Source: an archaeon
Lineage (GTDB): Archaea > Methanobacteriota_B > Thermococci > Methanofastidiosales > NM3
Assembly: GCA_004212155.1 (NCBI GenBank)
Contig: RXIG01000001.1
Location: 128,677 to 192,676 of the forward strand
DNA length: 64,000 bases
Direction: 5' to 3'
Part shown: piece by piece, positions 50,480-60,210 of the stretch
Numbering within the stretch: the stretch's first letter is position 1
Layout: the number at the start of each line of letters is the position of its first letter
Translations under genes and position numbers: made by a program
The notes under the pieces: model-generated
Database searches by the model: none
Seen by the model: only the letters and a program-made list of their open reading frames with translations
What the model was told of the DNA's origin: nothing

Positions 50480-51265
50480 ATGAATGAACAGATGGAGGAG
50501 CAAAATCAAAAGATCCAAGAAAGATTGGAAAATGTCAAGCACCGCATCGCCGTTGCAAGTGGCAAGGGCGGCGTGGGGAAATCGCTCGTGAGCGGTCTCC
50601 TTGCCAGTTATCTAGCGAAGAAGGGATATTCCGTCGGCCTGCTCGATGCAGACATCACAGGACCCAGCATACCTCGCATGTTCGGTGTTGCCGGCATTGA
50701 AGGAAAAAGCGACAAGGGAATTCTCCCCCCGTCATCCGCCAATGGCGTTAAGATCATGTCACTCAGCCTCGTCCTCAGCGATAACAGCTCGGCAGTCATA
50801 TGGCGTGGACCAATGATATCCAACGCCATCCGGCAGTTCGTATCAGATATCGACTGGGGAGACCTTGATTACCTGATCGTCGATCTTCCCCCAGGGACGA
50901 GCGATGCGCCGCTTACCGTCATGCAGATCCTCAATCTCGACGGCCTCGTCGTCGTGACATCGCCCCAGCAACTCGCGTTTGAGATCGTTCGCAAGGCCAT
51001 CAACATGTCAAAAACGATGAACGTGAAGGTGCTCGGCCTTGTTGAGAACATGGCATATGCCATGTGCCCCCATTGCAACGAACGCATCAATCTGTTTGGT
51101 GATACGGGCGGCGACATCCTGGCGAAAAAGGCTGAGGTCCCCTATTTGGGCAGCATACCTATTGACCCAAGGATCTCGACGCTTTCTGACAGTGGAGGCA
51201 TCGAACAGTACGAGAACGAGGACATCGACAAGATCGTTGACAAGATCATCGAGAACGTGGATTGA
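50480..51265 (+). CDS. Mrp/ApbC/NBP35 Fe-S carrier ATPase
   Basis: SGKGGVGKS, DADITGPS, DLPPGT, ENM...CPHC. Confidence 0.93.
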   Translation: MNEQMEEQNQKIQERLENVKHRIAVASGKGGVGKSLVSGLLASYLAKKGYSVGLLDADITGPSIPRMFGVAGIEGKSDKGILPPSSANGVKIMSLSLVLSDNSSAVIWRGPMISNAIRQFVSDIDWGDLDYLIVDLPPGTSDAPLTVMQILNLDGLVVVTSPQQLAFEIVRKAINMSKTMNVKVLGLVENMAYAMCPHCNERINLFGDTGGDILAKKAEVPYLGSIPIDPRISTLSDSGGIEQYENEDIDKIVDKIIENVD

Positions 51266-51302
51266 TACGTTCTCCTCTTTTTTATTATATGGGGCTCCTG
51301 AT

Positions 51303-52163
51303 ATGCAGATCGTGCCACGCTGTTTTGGATGTTTCATTCGACAGGCCGAGTCGGTATGCGACGTGTGTGGCGTCACGGGCAGACAACGCAGTTTGGTACT
51401 ACGCTCGGTCTGTGAGGTACTTTCCAAAGCTCCCCTTGACGTGCCTCCTCCTGTCGTTTCCGATGATGTGTATGGATGTATCCGCAATGAATTGGGCATC
51501 GACGACCCCTATGCGGATCTCAAGCATGAGTACAACGAACAGGCGCTAGCGCATTATCCTGCGTGCAGGGAACTCATAGAATCATCCGACCAACCGCTGC
51601 GCACCGCGCTCCAGCTTGCGATCGTAGGCAACGTGGTCGACTTCGGGTGCGACACTGCCTTTGACCTCGACGCTTCGATCGGGGCCGTCCGTGAGCTCCC
51701 CCTCTCCGACCGTCTTGTCGATACGCTCGATGCTGCGTTGCGGAAAGCCTCGTCCCTCGTCTACCTTACCGACAACTGTGGGGAGATCGTGTTCGACCGG
51801 CTCGCGCTCGAGCTTATCATCGACCGGTATGGGCCAAAGACCATCGATGTTGTTGTCAAAGGAGGGCCATGGATCAACGATGTCACCGCAGACGATGTTG
51901 CATCGGTAGGCATATCCTCGCTTCCTTCCGTCAATATCGTCGAGGTGAGCAACGGCGATGAGGGCACGGGCATGGCACGGCATTCGTCTGCGTTTCATGA
52001 TTTCATCGCCGGCCACGAAGTGTGTATCAGCAAGGGCCAGGCGAACTGGGAGCTCTTGTCCGAAAAGAGCAACATCTTCTTTTTTTTCATGGCAAAATGC
52101 CCGGAGATCGCTTCTTCATGCAATGCCGAGCTCGGTGAGCCAATTGCCTACCTCTCGAAATAG
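51303..52163 (+). CDS. DUF89/ARMT1 damage-control phosphatase
   Basis: CFGC, DPY...K, GNVVD, DNCGE, KGQANWE. Confidence 0.9.
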   Translation: MQIVPRCFGCFIRQAESVCDVCGVTGRQRSLVLRSVCEVLSKAPLDVPPPVVSDDVYGCIRNELGIDDPYADLKHEYNEQALAHYPACRELIESSDQPLRTALQLAIVGNVVDFGCDTAFDLDASIGAVRELPLSDRLVDTLDAALRKASSLVYLTDNCGEIVFDRLALELIIDRYGPKTIDVVVKGGPWINDVTADDVASVGISSLPSVNIVEVSNGDEGTGMARHSSAFHDFIAGHEVCISKGQANWELLSEKSNIFFFFMAKCPEIASSCNAELGEPIAYLSK

Positions 52164-52336
52164 ATGGCACCGTCTCGCATGGCCCTGTCTACATTCGAAT
52201 GCGCAACGGGCATGGTGACACAATCGACTTCGTCGATACACGTATGAAAAAGCATCAGTGCTACCGAGTTCATGTGCCAGTTAGTCTATCGTTGAACGGC
52301 ATATGATACCGGATTTCGACGGCGATGGTATATGAA

Positions 52337-52357
52337 GTTCCAGTGGAAACAAAGGGG
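52337..52357 (+). promoter_or_regulatory. Canonical-looking ORB (origin recognition box)
   Basis: GTTCCAGTGGAAACAAAGGGG followed by an AT-rich stretch. Confidence 0.75.
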
Positions 52358-52433
52358 TATAAATAGGTTTTAAAAGGCATGGGTATTGGCTTCGCATATC
52401 CCTTTTTTCCTTTCGACGATAGATGATGCCGTC

Positions 52434-53258
52434 CTATCGCTGGCTCGTGCTATCGTTGTATCGACGCATGAACCAATCGATGCCAAAGTCGACAAGTCCT
52501 CGTTGTTCGAGCAGGTACGACTCAGCGTTTCCCACCTTCCCAGTGATGCCTCGGCCTTGTTCCAAGAAATCGGAGAGTATCGAGGGAAAGAGGTCTGAAT
52601 TGTCATCATAGTCCTCGTACTCCTTCCATATGCGCTCCCCGTGCTCGAGGACCGGACTGCCACGAGGGATGACCTTCTTCTCGAAGGGCGCACGTGCCTC
52701 AGCCAGATGGAGTATGGTGTTGCGTAGCGTGCCTATGAGCAGGCTGTATCCTCCCTCATCGCACATCTTTGAGAGCGGTGACCCCTCCCCGAAACTGTAT
52801 GAAAGCGGATGCCCCTCCATGAGGCGCTCGGCCAAGAGCCCCACGGCTACGAACGAATCCGTCGGATGGTATGAGCGCACTGCGCCGGGCCATGCGCGAA
52901 ACGTCTCGGCGACCTTCCCCATGGCGCGCGTGGGAGTAACGTCGGGGCGATAGGGCGGCGTGTGGTCGCGGATGGGCTGCCACCATGATGGCGGTACGGG
53001 GGGATTTTGCCATCTCGATGGTTCGGAGTAGTCCCCCGACATGGAGGGCATGACGATCGTGCCTTCATTCCCCACCGCCTCGAGCAGGGCTTCGATGACG
53101 GCGACAGGTCCCCCGGCGACCCATCCAATGGTCGAAAGCGACGTGTGGACAAGGAGTACCATCCCCTTCCTTACACCAAGAGCAACGAGGTCGTTTACCA
53201 TCCTTTCCCGCGTGATGGGCGCATCCGGAAAGCGGTCGATGACGTCCCGCTCGCTCAT
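52434..53258 (-). CDS. AAC(3)/YokD-family N-acetyltransferase
   Basis: LLVHTSLS.IGWV.GG, GTIVMP, RSYHP, HLAE. Confidence 0.9.
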   Translation of the reverse strand: MSERDVIDRFPDAPITRERMVNDLVALGVRKGMVLLVHTSLSTIGWVAGGPVAVIEALLEAVGNEGTIVMPSMSGDYSEPSRWQNPPVPPSWWQPIRDHTPPYRPDVTPTRAMGKVAETFRAWPGAVRSYHPTDSFVAVGLLAERLMEGHPLSYSFGEGSPLSKMCDEGGYSLLIGTLRNTILHLAEARAPFEKKVIPRGSPVLEHGERIWKEYEDYDDNSDLFPSILSDFLEQGRGITGKVGNAESYLLEQRGLVDFGIDWFMRRYNDSTSQR

Positions 53259-53259
53259 C

Positions 53260-54789
53260 TCAACCATTCTCCCCCGATTCCAGTTGCTCCAGGAGCGACT
53301 TGAGCTCATCGAGCAGGGCTTCGACCTCGTCTATCTTCTGGCGTATCTGTTCTATGGCCTCGTCACCTGGTGGCGTTGGTGGGGGAGGTTCCCCTCCCTT
53401 GAAGAATTCCCTGACCTGCCGGTCGGTATCAAAGGCGATGACTTCGCTCGTCTTGGCGTTGACGACGCACTGCTTTGTCACTCCGGCAGAATCGGCGTGA
53501 ACGACCGAGACGAGCCAGTAGAGCGTCCCTTCCTTGATGATGGGCCTCGGTTCCGATATGAAAAACGAGTCCCAGTCAAAGTTGGGAAATGTCTTTTTCA
53601 CATAGTCGACCGAGTAACGGGGGCCGGTGAGGCTGTCGCCCGAGATGCTATATGTGTAGATGTCCCCTGTCATGGCGTCCTGGAAGAAGATCTTGTAGAG
53701 TCCGTAGCTCTTCCCCCTGGGCTCCACAGCGGTCATCCACACGAGACCCTCGTCCGTGTCGAGCATGAACGGCTGCTGATTGCCTCCGCTGTAGACGTCC
53801 TGTATCTCGAGCATCTCCTCGTGGTAGACCCACATGTTGAGCAGGCCGTTTTTCGTGTTGACGACCTCTACTTGCTTACGGGCGAGCGATTCGGGATATA
53901 CTCTGTTACCCCACGGTTGCTCTGCAGCCTCTTCGGGAGAATAGTGTGTGACGTTTCCATCAAAGTCGATCGTGTAGACGCCACCGAAGTAGGGATAACG
54001 TCCGATGAGCTTGAACTTGTACTTGATGACCGACACGATGACGAGGTCGTCCTGATAATAGACATCGGCGATGTCGCAGAACATGTCTTCCTTGTATATC
54101 CTCCATGAGATGTTGTCGGTGATGCCTATGTCCTCGCCAACATCCATTTCCTCCATCGTGGCGGTGGTCTCCTTGGCGCTCGTGTCGGCGGCCACGGAGA
54201 TGACGCCTTGGGGTTTCTTCGTGTAGTAGAGGAGCGCTCCCTCGGGGACGATTGGGAACTTCCAGTAGAGGCGCCCCTGTTCCTTGACGAGATCGCCGTC
54301 GCCAAGCGTGTACTGTGGATCGGCGAACACATCAAGCGAGTAGCGCTGCGCTATGGAGAGCGGCAGGAATCGAATGGTCTCAGTCTCCGGCATCGCATCG
54401 ATGTCGATGTAGTTGGTGTTCTCATACAATGAGCGGTCCATGTAGTATCCGCTATACATATACAGTGGTATAATGCAGACGACAGCTACGATGCCGATGA
54501 TCATGACAAGCGACAGGTAGGTCTGGTAACGCTTGAATCGGGTCGTGTCCTTGTATTGCCATTCCAGCGCGCGTGCCTTGATGATGGTATAGACGATAAA
54601 GAGCACGACTATGATGACGATGAGAAAGAGGGTGAGGGGAGATTTGTAGAATGCCATCACGAGCCCGTGAAACCACGGCCGCACATAGTAGGCGAGCATC
54701 GCCACTATGGCTATAATTGCAATGGGGATCCAATTCCCCGCAGAAACGTCTAATCGTTGCATGAGTGCCTTGAGGGGATTTTCTCGCAT
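53260..54789 (-). CDS. Hypothetical membrane protein (3 TM plus large soluble domain and C-terminal coiled coil)
   Basis: 509 aa ORF with strong host codon bias. Confidence 0.8.
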   Translation of the reverse strand: MRENPLKALMQRLDVSAGNWIPIAIIAIVAMLAYYVRPWFHGLVMAFYKSPLTLFLIVIIVVLFIVYTIIKARALEWQYKDTTRFKRYQTYLSLVMIIGIVAVVCIIPLYMYSGYYMDRSLYENTNYIDIDAMPETETIRFLPLSIAQRYSLDVFADPQYTLGDGDLVKEQGRLYWKFPIVPEGALLYYTKKPQGVISVAADTSAKETTATMEEMDVGEDIGITDNISWRIYKEDMFCDIADVYYQDDLVIVSVIKYKFKLIGRYPYFGGVYTIDFDGNVTHYSPEEAAEQPWGNRVYPESLARKQVEVVNTKNGLLNMWVYHEEMLEIQDVYSGGNQQPFMLDTDEGLVWMTAVEPRGKSYGLYKIFFQDAMTGDIYTYSISGDSLTGPRYSVDYVKKTFPNFDWDSFFISEPRPIIKEGTLYWLVSVVHADSAGVTKQCVVNAKTSEVIAFDTDRQVREFFKGGEPPPPTPPGDEAIEQIRQKIDEVEALLDELKSLLEQLESGENG

Positions 54790-54882
54790 CGCTACCGATT
54801 TTCATCACATCTTTAAAAAATGCTCGTCAGTCCTCCTTAAAAACAATTAAATATGGGGCACATCATTGAAGGAGATGATATC

Positions 54883-55842
54883 ATGCTGGTCGAGCTTGTC
54901 CTCATAGCCATCGGTTTCATCCTCCTCGTCAAGGGTGCAGACTATCTCATCAAGGGGGCATCGTTTGTCGCCCGTTCCTTTGGCGTGTCATACTTCGTCA
55001 TAGGGCTCACCATCGTGGCGTTTGGCACGTCGATGCCCGAGTTCGTCGTCAACGTCATATCCGCGATCGCGGGAACGACCGACATCGCCGTGGGAAACAT
55101 CCTTGGCAGCAACATGGCAAACCTTCTCCTCATCGTCGGCCTCACATCGCTTGTACTGCCCATGGAGATCAATTACTTTGCAAAGAAGCGCGACATCCCC
55201 TTTGCGCTCCTTTCTGCCGTGCTCCTCTTTGTCCTGGCAGGCACATCGTACTTCTTCGACAGGTGCGACCTCTGCATCGGGCGCATCGAGGGCATCGTGT
55301 TGTTGTCGGCGTTTGTCATATTCCTCGTCGGCGTGCTGGCGCGGAGCAGGGAGGGGGTCATCGATGAGGTAGAGGTGGATGAATACATCACTAACAAGAA
55401 GGCAGCGCTCTACCTCGCTGCAGGACTCGTCGGTCTTTACTATGGGGGAGTGTTCATAGTGGAAAACGCGGTATCTCTTGCCACACAGTACGGCCTTTCG
55501 GAAATACTCATCAGCTCGACCATCGTGGCGTTTGGCACATCGCTTCCTGAGCTTGCCACATCGCTTGTGGCGGCGTATAAGCGCAACACCGACATCGCCA
55601 TAGGCAACGTGGTCGGGTCGAACATCTTCAACATCCTCTGGGTGCTCGGATTCACGAGCGTTATCACGCCCATACACCTTGACACGTCGCTTTTCGTGGA
55701 CATGGGCCTTGTCATCATCGCGACGTCGGTGCTTTTAGTCATGTCACACGTTGGGCGCGTGGAGTCGATCGACAGGCCCCAGGGGCTCATTCTCATCGTG
55801 TTCTACCTGCTCTACGTGGCGATGCTGATAGCGCGTGGATGA
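54883..55842 (+). CDS. Calcium/sodium antiporter (CaCA, YrbG-like)
   Basis: Two alpha-repeats GTSMPE/GTSLPE, GNILGSN/GNVVGSN. Confidence 0.93.
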   Translation: MLVELVLIAIGFILLVKGADYLIKGASFVARSFGVSYFVIGLTIVAFGTSMPEFVVNVISAIAGTTDIAVGNILGSNMANLLLIVGLTSLVLPMEINYFAKKRDIPFALLSAVLLFVLAGTSYFFDRCDLCIGRIEGIVLLSAFVIFLVGVLARSREGVIDEVEVDEYITNKKAALYLAAGLVGLYYGGVFIVENAVSLATQYGLSEILISSTIVAFGTSLPELATSLVAAYKRNTDIAIGNVVGSNIFNILWVLGFTSVITPIHLDTSLFVDMGLVIIATSVLLVMSHVGRVESIDRPQGLILIVFYLLYVAMLIARG

Positions 55843-55867
55843 AAAGAAAAGTGGATCCCTTAGGGGA

Positions 55868-57634
55868 TCACTTGTAGTAGCGCTTGTAGAACTTCTCTAT
55901 CGTCTTCTTGTCAGGCAGGGAGATGTTGTTCCAGTACTCGATAATCGGCCTGAGGTCGTCTTCGCCCTCCTGGCCGGCAAAGAGCGACCTGAGGAACGTT
56001 GTGCGCTCCTCTATGTCCTGTTTAGCGAAGTCGATGAGCTCGGATGCCGTATAGTGGTTGAGCAGATTGAATCTGGTCGTATAGCCCTCGAGTCCGTGCT
56101 TTTCCTCGATCTCCTCGGGGTGCGGCACGAGATAGCCGAAAAGCGGCGTCCTGACCCACTCCTCGATGGCATTGTTGTCTACGAGGTCAAGCAGCAGCTT
56201 CGTGTCGCCAACGCGTATCTTCTCCCCCATCGGATTGCCGTTTTCATCGTAGCGCGTGTTGCCGGCAAGGTCGTTGCGCCCCATGTAGCCCGAGTTCATG
56301 ATGAAGAAGACGAGATTGCCGCCGAGTGAGAGGTCGAGGTCCTCGTAGACCTTCCATTTGAGCAGCGCCTGCTGTGACTGCTCGCGCGCCATGAAGTCGG
56401 TGGCCGCATACGAGCGGACCTTCGACCCGGCCTTCTTGCCGGAGACAGCGGATGTGATGATCGATTCGCAGGCGCTGTCGAGCGCCACTGCCATGCGGGG
56501 ATCGATGACCCTGAAGAGCGGCTCCATCGTGTTGAATCGCTTGAAGACGAGCGCCTCTCGCTTGAGCGTCTTCTTCTTCGTGTTCCACTCAGGGTTGAGC
56601 GCGGAGAAGTCGAAGATGAACCTGCCGTTTCGCGTGCCGGACCGTTCATACTCGTTGGTGAGTAGCGAGCCGGCCTTCTTGCCCTCCTCGACGCGAGGCA
56701 CCTTTATCGTATAGGGGCCCTCCTCGATCTCGGTATAGTATACGTTCTCGCAGTCGATGTTCATGGCGATGACGTAGCTCTCATGCGCACGCATGAGGCC
56801 CGCCCACTCGGGGCTGTCGGGACCAAGGCCCTCAGACTTGGCAAAGCTTGCCGCCTCGAGGCCGATGATGTCGATCATTTGTGCATTGTCGTCGTCGTAG
56901 GTGATCTTGCCAAGGAGCGCGTCGTCCTGCTCAAGCTCGGGCCCGACGGAAAGCGTTGTCTTCCCCGTGCCGCTAAGCCCCTTGATGATGCGGTGCTGGG
57001 TGCAGCCGCCGTGGTATGAAATGAGGCCGTCTGACTCGCCCCTGTTCCATACGAGCGTGAGGTTTGGTTTCTTGTAGGCACCCCCGAAGTAGTCCACCTT
57101 CAGTGAGAGGACCTTTCGTATGTCCTTGTCAATCCCTGTGAGGTCGTAGAGAGTGAGCGGCACGCTGGGGTCGTACTCAGGCCATACCTCTCTGATGCGC
57201 TCCACGTACTCCGAAGGAAGTTCCTCGGGTATGATGTAGTTGAAGCATGACAGCTTGGTCTTACCGTCATGGGGGTAGACCATGTGCTTGCCGATCCACG
57301 GGATGTAGGCGGACTGGGTGCAGTCGATGCTTGTCGTGATCTGTATGCCGGTCTTGTAGGGGTCCTCTCCCTGGATCGCGTCCTGCACGATCACGTCGGT
57401 CTTCTCGAGGTATTCCATGGCGACCCTGTAGACGACCTGGCCCACGTCTTTGGGGAACGAGTTCTGGCCATAGCCCAGCTTGTACCCCTCGGGCACCATG
57501 TAAAACGCCCGGTCGGGACGCCGGCCCGGTTGCGAGGAGGCAAAGAGGTATTGGCCGTCCTTTGTCTTGACATAGTATGGTGACAACGTATCTACGAAGT
57601 ATGCATCATCTGGATTTCGTATTACTTCTCTCAT
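55868..57634 (-). CDS. Divergent ATP-dependent PEP carboxykinase-like protein
   Basis: GR.P, YFGGAYKK, YHGG, GLSGTGKTTLS, QDD, EAASFAK, NGR in PckA order. Confidence 0.75.
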   Translation of the reverse strand: MREVIRNPDDAYFVDTLSPYYVKTKDGQYLFASSQPGRRPDRAFYMVPEGYKLGYGQNSFPKDVGQVVYRVAMEYLEKTDVIVQDAIQGEDPYKTGIQITTSIDCTQSAYIPWIGKHMVYPHDGKTKLSCFNYIIPEELPSEYVERIREVWPEYDPSVPLTLYDLTGIDKDIRKVLSLKVDYFGGAYKKPNLTLVWNRGESDGLISYHGGCTQHRIIKGLSGTGKTTLSVGPELEQDDALLGKITYDDDNAQMIDIIGLEAASFAKSEGLGPDSPEWAGLMRAHESYVIAMNIDCENVYYTEIEEGPYTIKVPRVEEGKKAGSLLTNEYERSGTRNGRFIFDFSALNPEWNTKKKTLKREALVFKRFNTMEPLFRVIDPRMAVALDSACESIITSAVSGKKAGSKVRSYAATDFMAREQSQQALLKWKVYEDLDLSLGGNLVFFIMNSGYMGRNDLAGNTRYDENGNPMGEKIRVGDTKLLLDLVDNNAIEEWVRTPLFGYLVPHPEEIEEKHGLEGYTTRFNLLNHYTASELIDFAKQDIEERTTFLRSLFAGQEGEDDLRPIIEYWNNISLPDKKTIEKFYKRYYK

Positions 57635-57750
57635 AGTATCTCTCCATAATCTGTTGTGATCTGAGTATGTGGTGTGTTGCACAGGGCCTATATAAAGTTT
57701 ATAGTAAAATTGGTAACTTTTATATAGTGTTTTGTCTTAATTCGTGGGAA

Positions 57751-58542
57751 ATGGTGACTATTCGAAAATTTGATGAAGTATATTCATACATCACGACTAA
57801 ACGATTCCTTGGACGCACGCTCTTTTCCTCGAACGTGTATGCGACAGGCGACGTGGTGATCGACAGTGGCATGAACAGGGACATCTCCTATTTTCCCGAG
57901 CTTGCCGCACCGTCGTCGCTCGTCCTTACCCATGCACACATCGACCATGCGGGTAATGCCCGAGCGTTCGCCAAAACGTTTGGAGCGCCGGTGTATGCTG
58001 ACCAACGCGCCATTGCGACACTCTCGTCGCACCAGCGTCCCTCACTGCTCATACGGTGCAAGGTGGGAAGTGCCCCCCCGGTAGATGCACGCCCGCTTCC
58101 GGGGCCCATCGAGACGACCGAAGGCTTGCTCGAACCGCTTCACACGCCAGGCCATTGTGCAGACCATACGTGTTACTACCTGCCATCACGCCGCCATCTC
58201 TTCTCTGGTGACCTCGTGCTTCACGCCACGACGACATGGGTGAGCTCCGAGGTGCGCATCTGGGAGGCGATCGAGTCCTTGAAACGCATATCGAAGCTGC
58301 GCATCGACACGCTCTTTCCGGGCCATGGCGAGCCGTTTACCGACCCACATGAGACGATCGTGTACAAGCATGCCCGGCTCGAGGCGCTTGGCCGCCACGT
58401 CCTCGACCTGTCAGAAGACGGCATGCGACCGGAGGAAATACGCGACGACGTCCTCGGGAGGGAAGGGCCCATCGCTTACCTCTCGCGCGGACGATTCTCG
58501 AAGTTAAATCTGATCAAGAGCTTCCTTGACGGCTCGCCTTGA
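57751..58542 (+). CDS. MBL-fold metallo-hydrolase
   Basis: THAHIDHAG, TPGH, SGD, PGHG. Confidence 0.9.
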   Translation: MVTIRKFDEVYSYITTKRFLGRTLFSSNVYATGDVVIDSGMNRDISYFPELAAPSSLVLTHAHIDHAGNARAFAKTFGAPVYADQRAIATLSSHQRPSLLIRCKVGSAPPVDARPLPGPIETTEGLLEPLHTPGHCADHTCYYLPSRRHLFSGDLVLHATTTWVSSEVRIWEAIESLKRISKLRIDTLFPGHGEPFTDPHETIVYKHARLEALGRHVLDLSEDGMRPEEIRDDVLGREGPIAYLSRGRFSKLNLIKSFLDGSP

Positions 58543-60136
58543 TCTCCCGCTCGATGATTCGGCACGCCCTTTGTACGCCAATCGTCTTGATGAGCGTGCC
58601 CGCACGCGGGCCCCTCTGGACGCCGAGGAGCACATAATAGAGAAGCTTGAAGAACTTGGCCGGCTTGAGGTCGTGTTGTTGCGCCGTTGTGAACACAGCG
58701 TTTTGGATATCTTCTGCGTCCATGTCATCCCCAAGCACGTCGATGAGTTGCAGCAGGGCTTCCCTCTCGGCCTCGGTGAGTTCGAGCGGTTCGTGCGCCA
58801 TGGGTCCTCCGGCGTCCTTGGTCCACTCGGTGGCATACCGTATCATGCCCATGAGATCCTCACGCTGCTCCTCGGTGAGCGAGGACGGCGCCTTCTTCGA
58901 GTTCTGGAGGATGTTGATGATGATCTCATCCCTGTTGGGCGTATCCGCGGGTATGACCGATGCGATGTTGGCGATGACGTTGTAGGGGACGCTCAGTGAC
59001 GGTGTTTCAGGGACGTCAAGTAGCTTCACGTATTCGTAGAGGCGCCTGAGGTGCGTGCGTTCCTTTTCGTTGTTCACCTTGACCTTGCCGAAGTAGACAT
59101 CCTCGAGATAGTTCACCTCGTCCATGAGCTTTGGTATCTCCTCGAGATCGACCACGCGCGCATAAGCGAGACGCTTGAGCATGAGCAGGATGAGCGACTC
59201 AGGGGCGCCGTAGCGCAGCCATCGCTGGGGAGTGAAGACATTACCCTTGGACTTCGAGATCTTTCCGCCGCCGCGTTCGACGAAGAGTTCGTAGAACGCA
59301 TGCACGGGCGGTGTGTAGGAGAGCAGCTGCTCGCATATCGCGTCGTTTACCTTCACCGATTCGAGGATGTCCTTCCCAAACGCCTCGAACGCGATGCCAA
59401 ACGCGCGCCATCGCGCGGCGAACTCGACCTTCCATGCCAGCTTGCCGTTCCTGATATGCGTCGTGCCCGTGGCGCCACACCCCCTTACCACGATGTCCTC
59501 ACCCGTCGTCGAGTCCTTTCCAACGAACTCTCCGTCACAGACGTACGAGACGGTCTCCGCTTCAGGGTCGAAATCAGTAACACGCGTCGTGTAGATCTTC
59601 CCGCACTCCTCGCAAATGGCGAAATAGGGATACTGTGTCAGGTATTTCTCCTGCCCCGTGACATTGCGGATGATAGTCCCCGCTTCCTTGTGCCGTTCAA
59701 GGAGCAAGGCTATCTCTTTGTCGAGGATACCAGCCTTGTAGGCCTCGTCGCTCGACTGGAAACGGTATTCGATGCCCATCTTGTCAAATGCATCGGTGAG
59801 CAGTGATGAGATGTGGTGGCCAAAGGAGTCATGGCATCCAAAGGGGTCGGGGATATGTGAGACGGGATTGCCTACATACTCCTTGAGCTCGGACGGGAAT
59901 CCGTAGGGGATCTTACGCAACCCGTCACGGTCGTCCGAGTATGCCTGGAAGAGCGCATCCTTTCCCTTCTCCTTGAGTGCAAGCGATACGACATACGAGC
60001 GTATGCCGTCACCCAGGCTTCCCACGTGCGGGATGCCCGATGCGCCAAGACCGCACTCGGTCACGTAGATATCCCTGGAGGGGTCCTGGTCTATGATCTG
60101 CTGTGCCGATTTGTCTGCCCAAAACAATTCACTCAC
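58514..60136 (-). CDS. lysS: Lysine-tRNA ligase, class I
   Basis: FWAD, SG.PHVGS, GKLAWK.E..ARW, KISKSKGN, GPR. Confidence 0.95.
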   Translation of the reverse strand: MSELFWADKSAQQIIDQDPSRDIYVTECGLGASGIPHVGSLGDGIRSYVVSLALKEKGKDALFQAYSDDRDGLRKIPYGFPSELKEYVGNPVSHIPDPFGCHDSFGHHISSLLTDAFDKMGIEYRFQSSDEAYKAGILDKEIALLLERHKEAGTIIRNVTGQEKYLTQYPYFAICEECGKIYTTRVTDFDPEAETVSYVCDGEFVGKDSTTGEDIVVRGCGATGTTHIRNGKLAWKVEFAARWRAFGIAFEAFGKDILESVKVNDAICEQLLSYTPPVHAFYELFVERGGGKISKSKGNVFTPQRWLRYGAPESLILLMLKRLAYARVVDLEEIPKLMDEVNYLEDVYFGKVKVNNEKERTHLRRLYEYVKLLDVPETPSLSVPYNVIANIASVIPADTPNRDEIIINILQNSKKAPSSLTEEQREDLMGMIRYATEWTKDAGGPMAHEPLELTEAEREALLQLIDVLGDDMDAEDIQNAVFTTAQQHDLKPAKFFKLLYYVLLGVQRGPRAGTLIKTIGVQRACRIIEREIKASRQGSS

Positions 60137-60210
60137 ATAATCACCTTATTCATCACTGCGAATATGAGGAAACAACGTTAACGATTATAAAAGGCTTTTG
60201 TTTTTCTTTT

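Noticed and set aside
52321-52345. GGCGATGG resembling the 5' end of a fluoride riboswitch
   Set aside because: No complementary CGCC stem or pseudoknot partner and no downstream gene on that strand; the ORB explains the region better
53041-54108. 355-aa plus-strand ORF
   Set aside because: Antisense to two well-supported minus-strand genes
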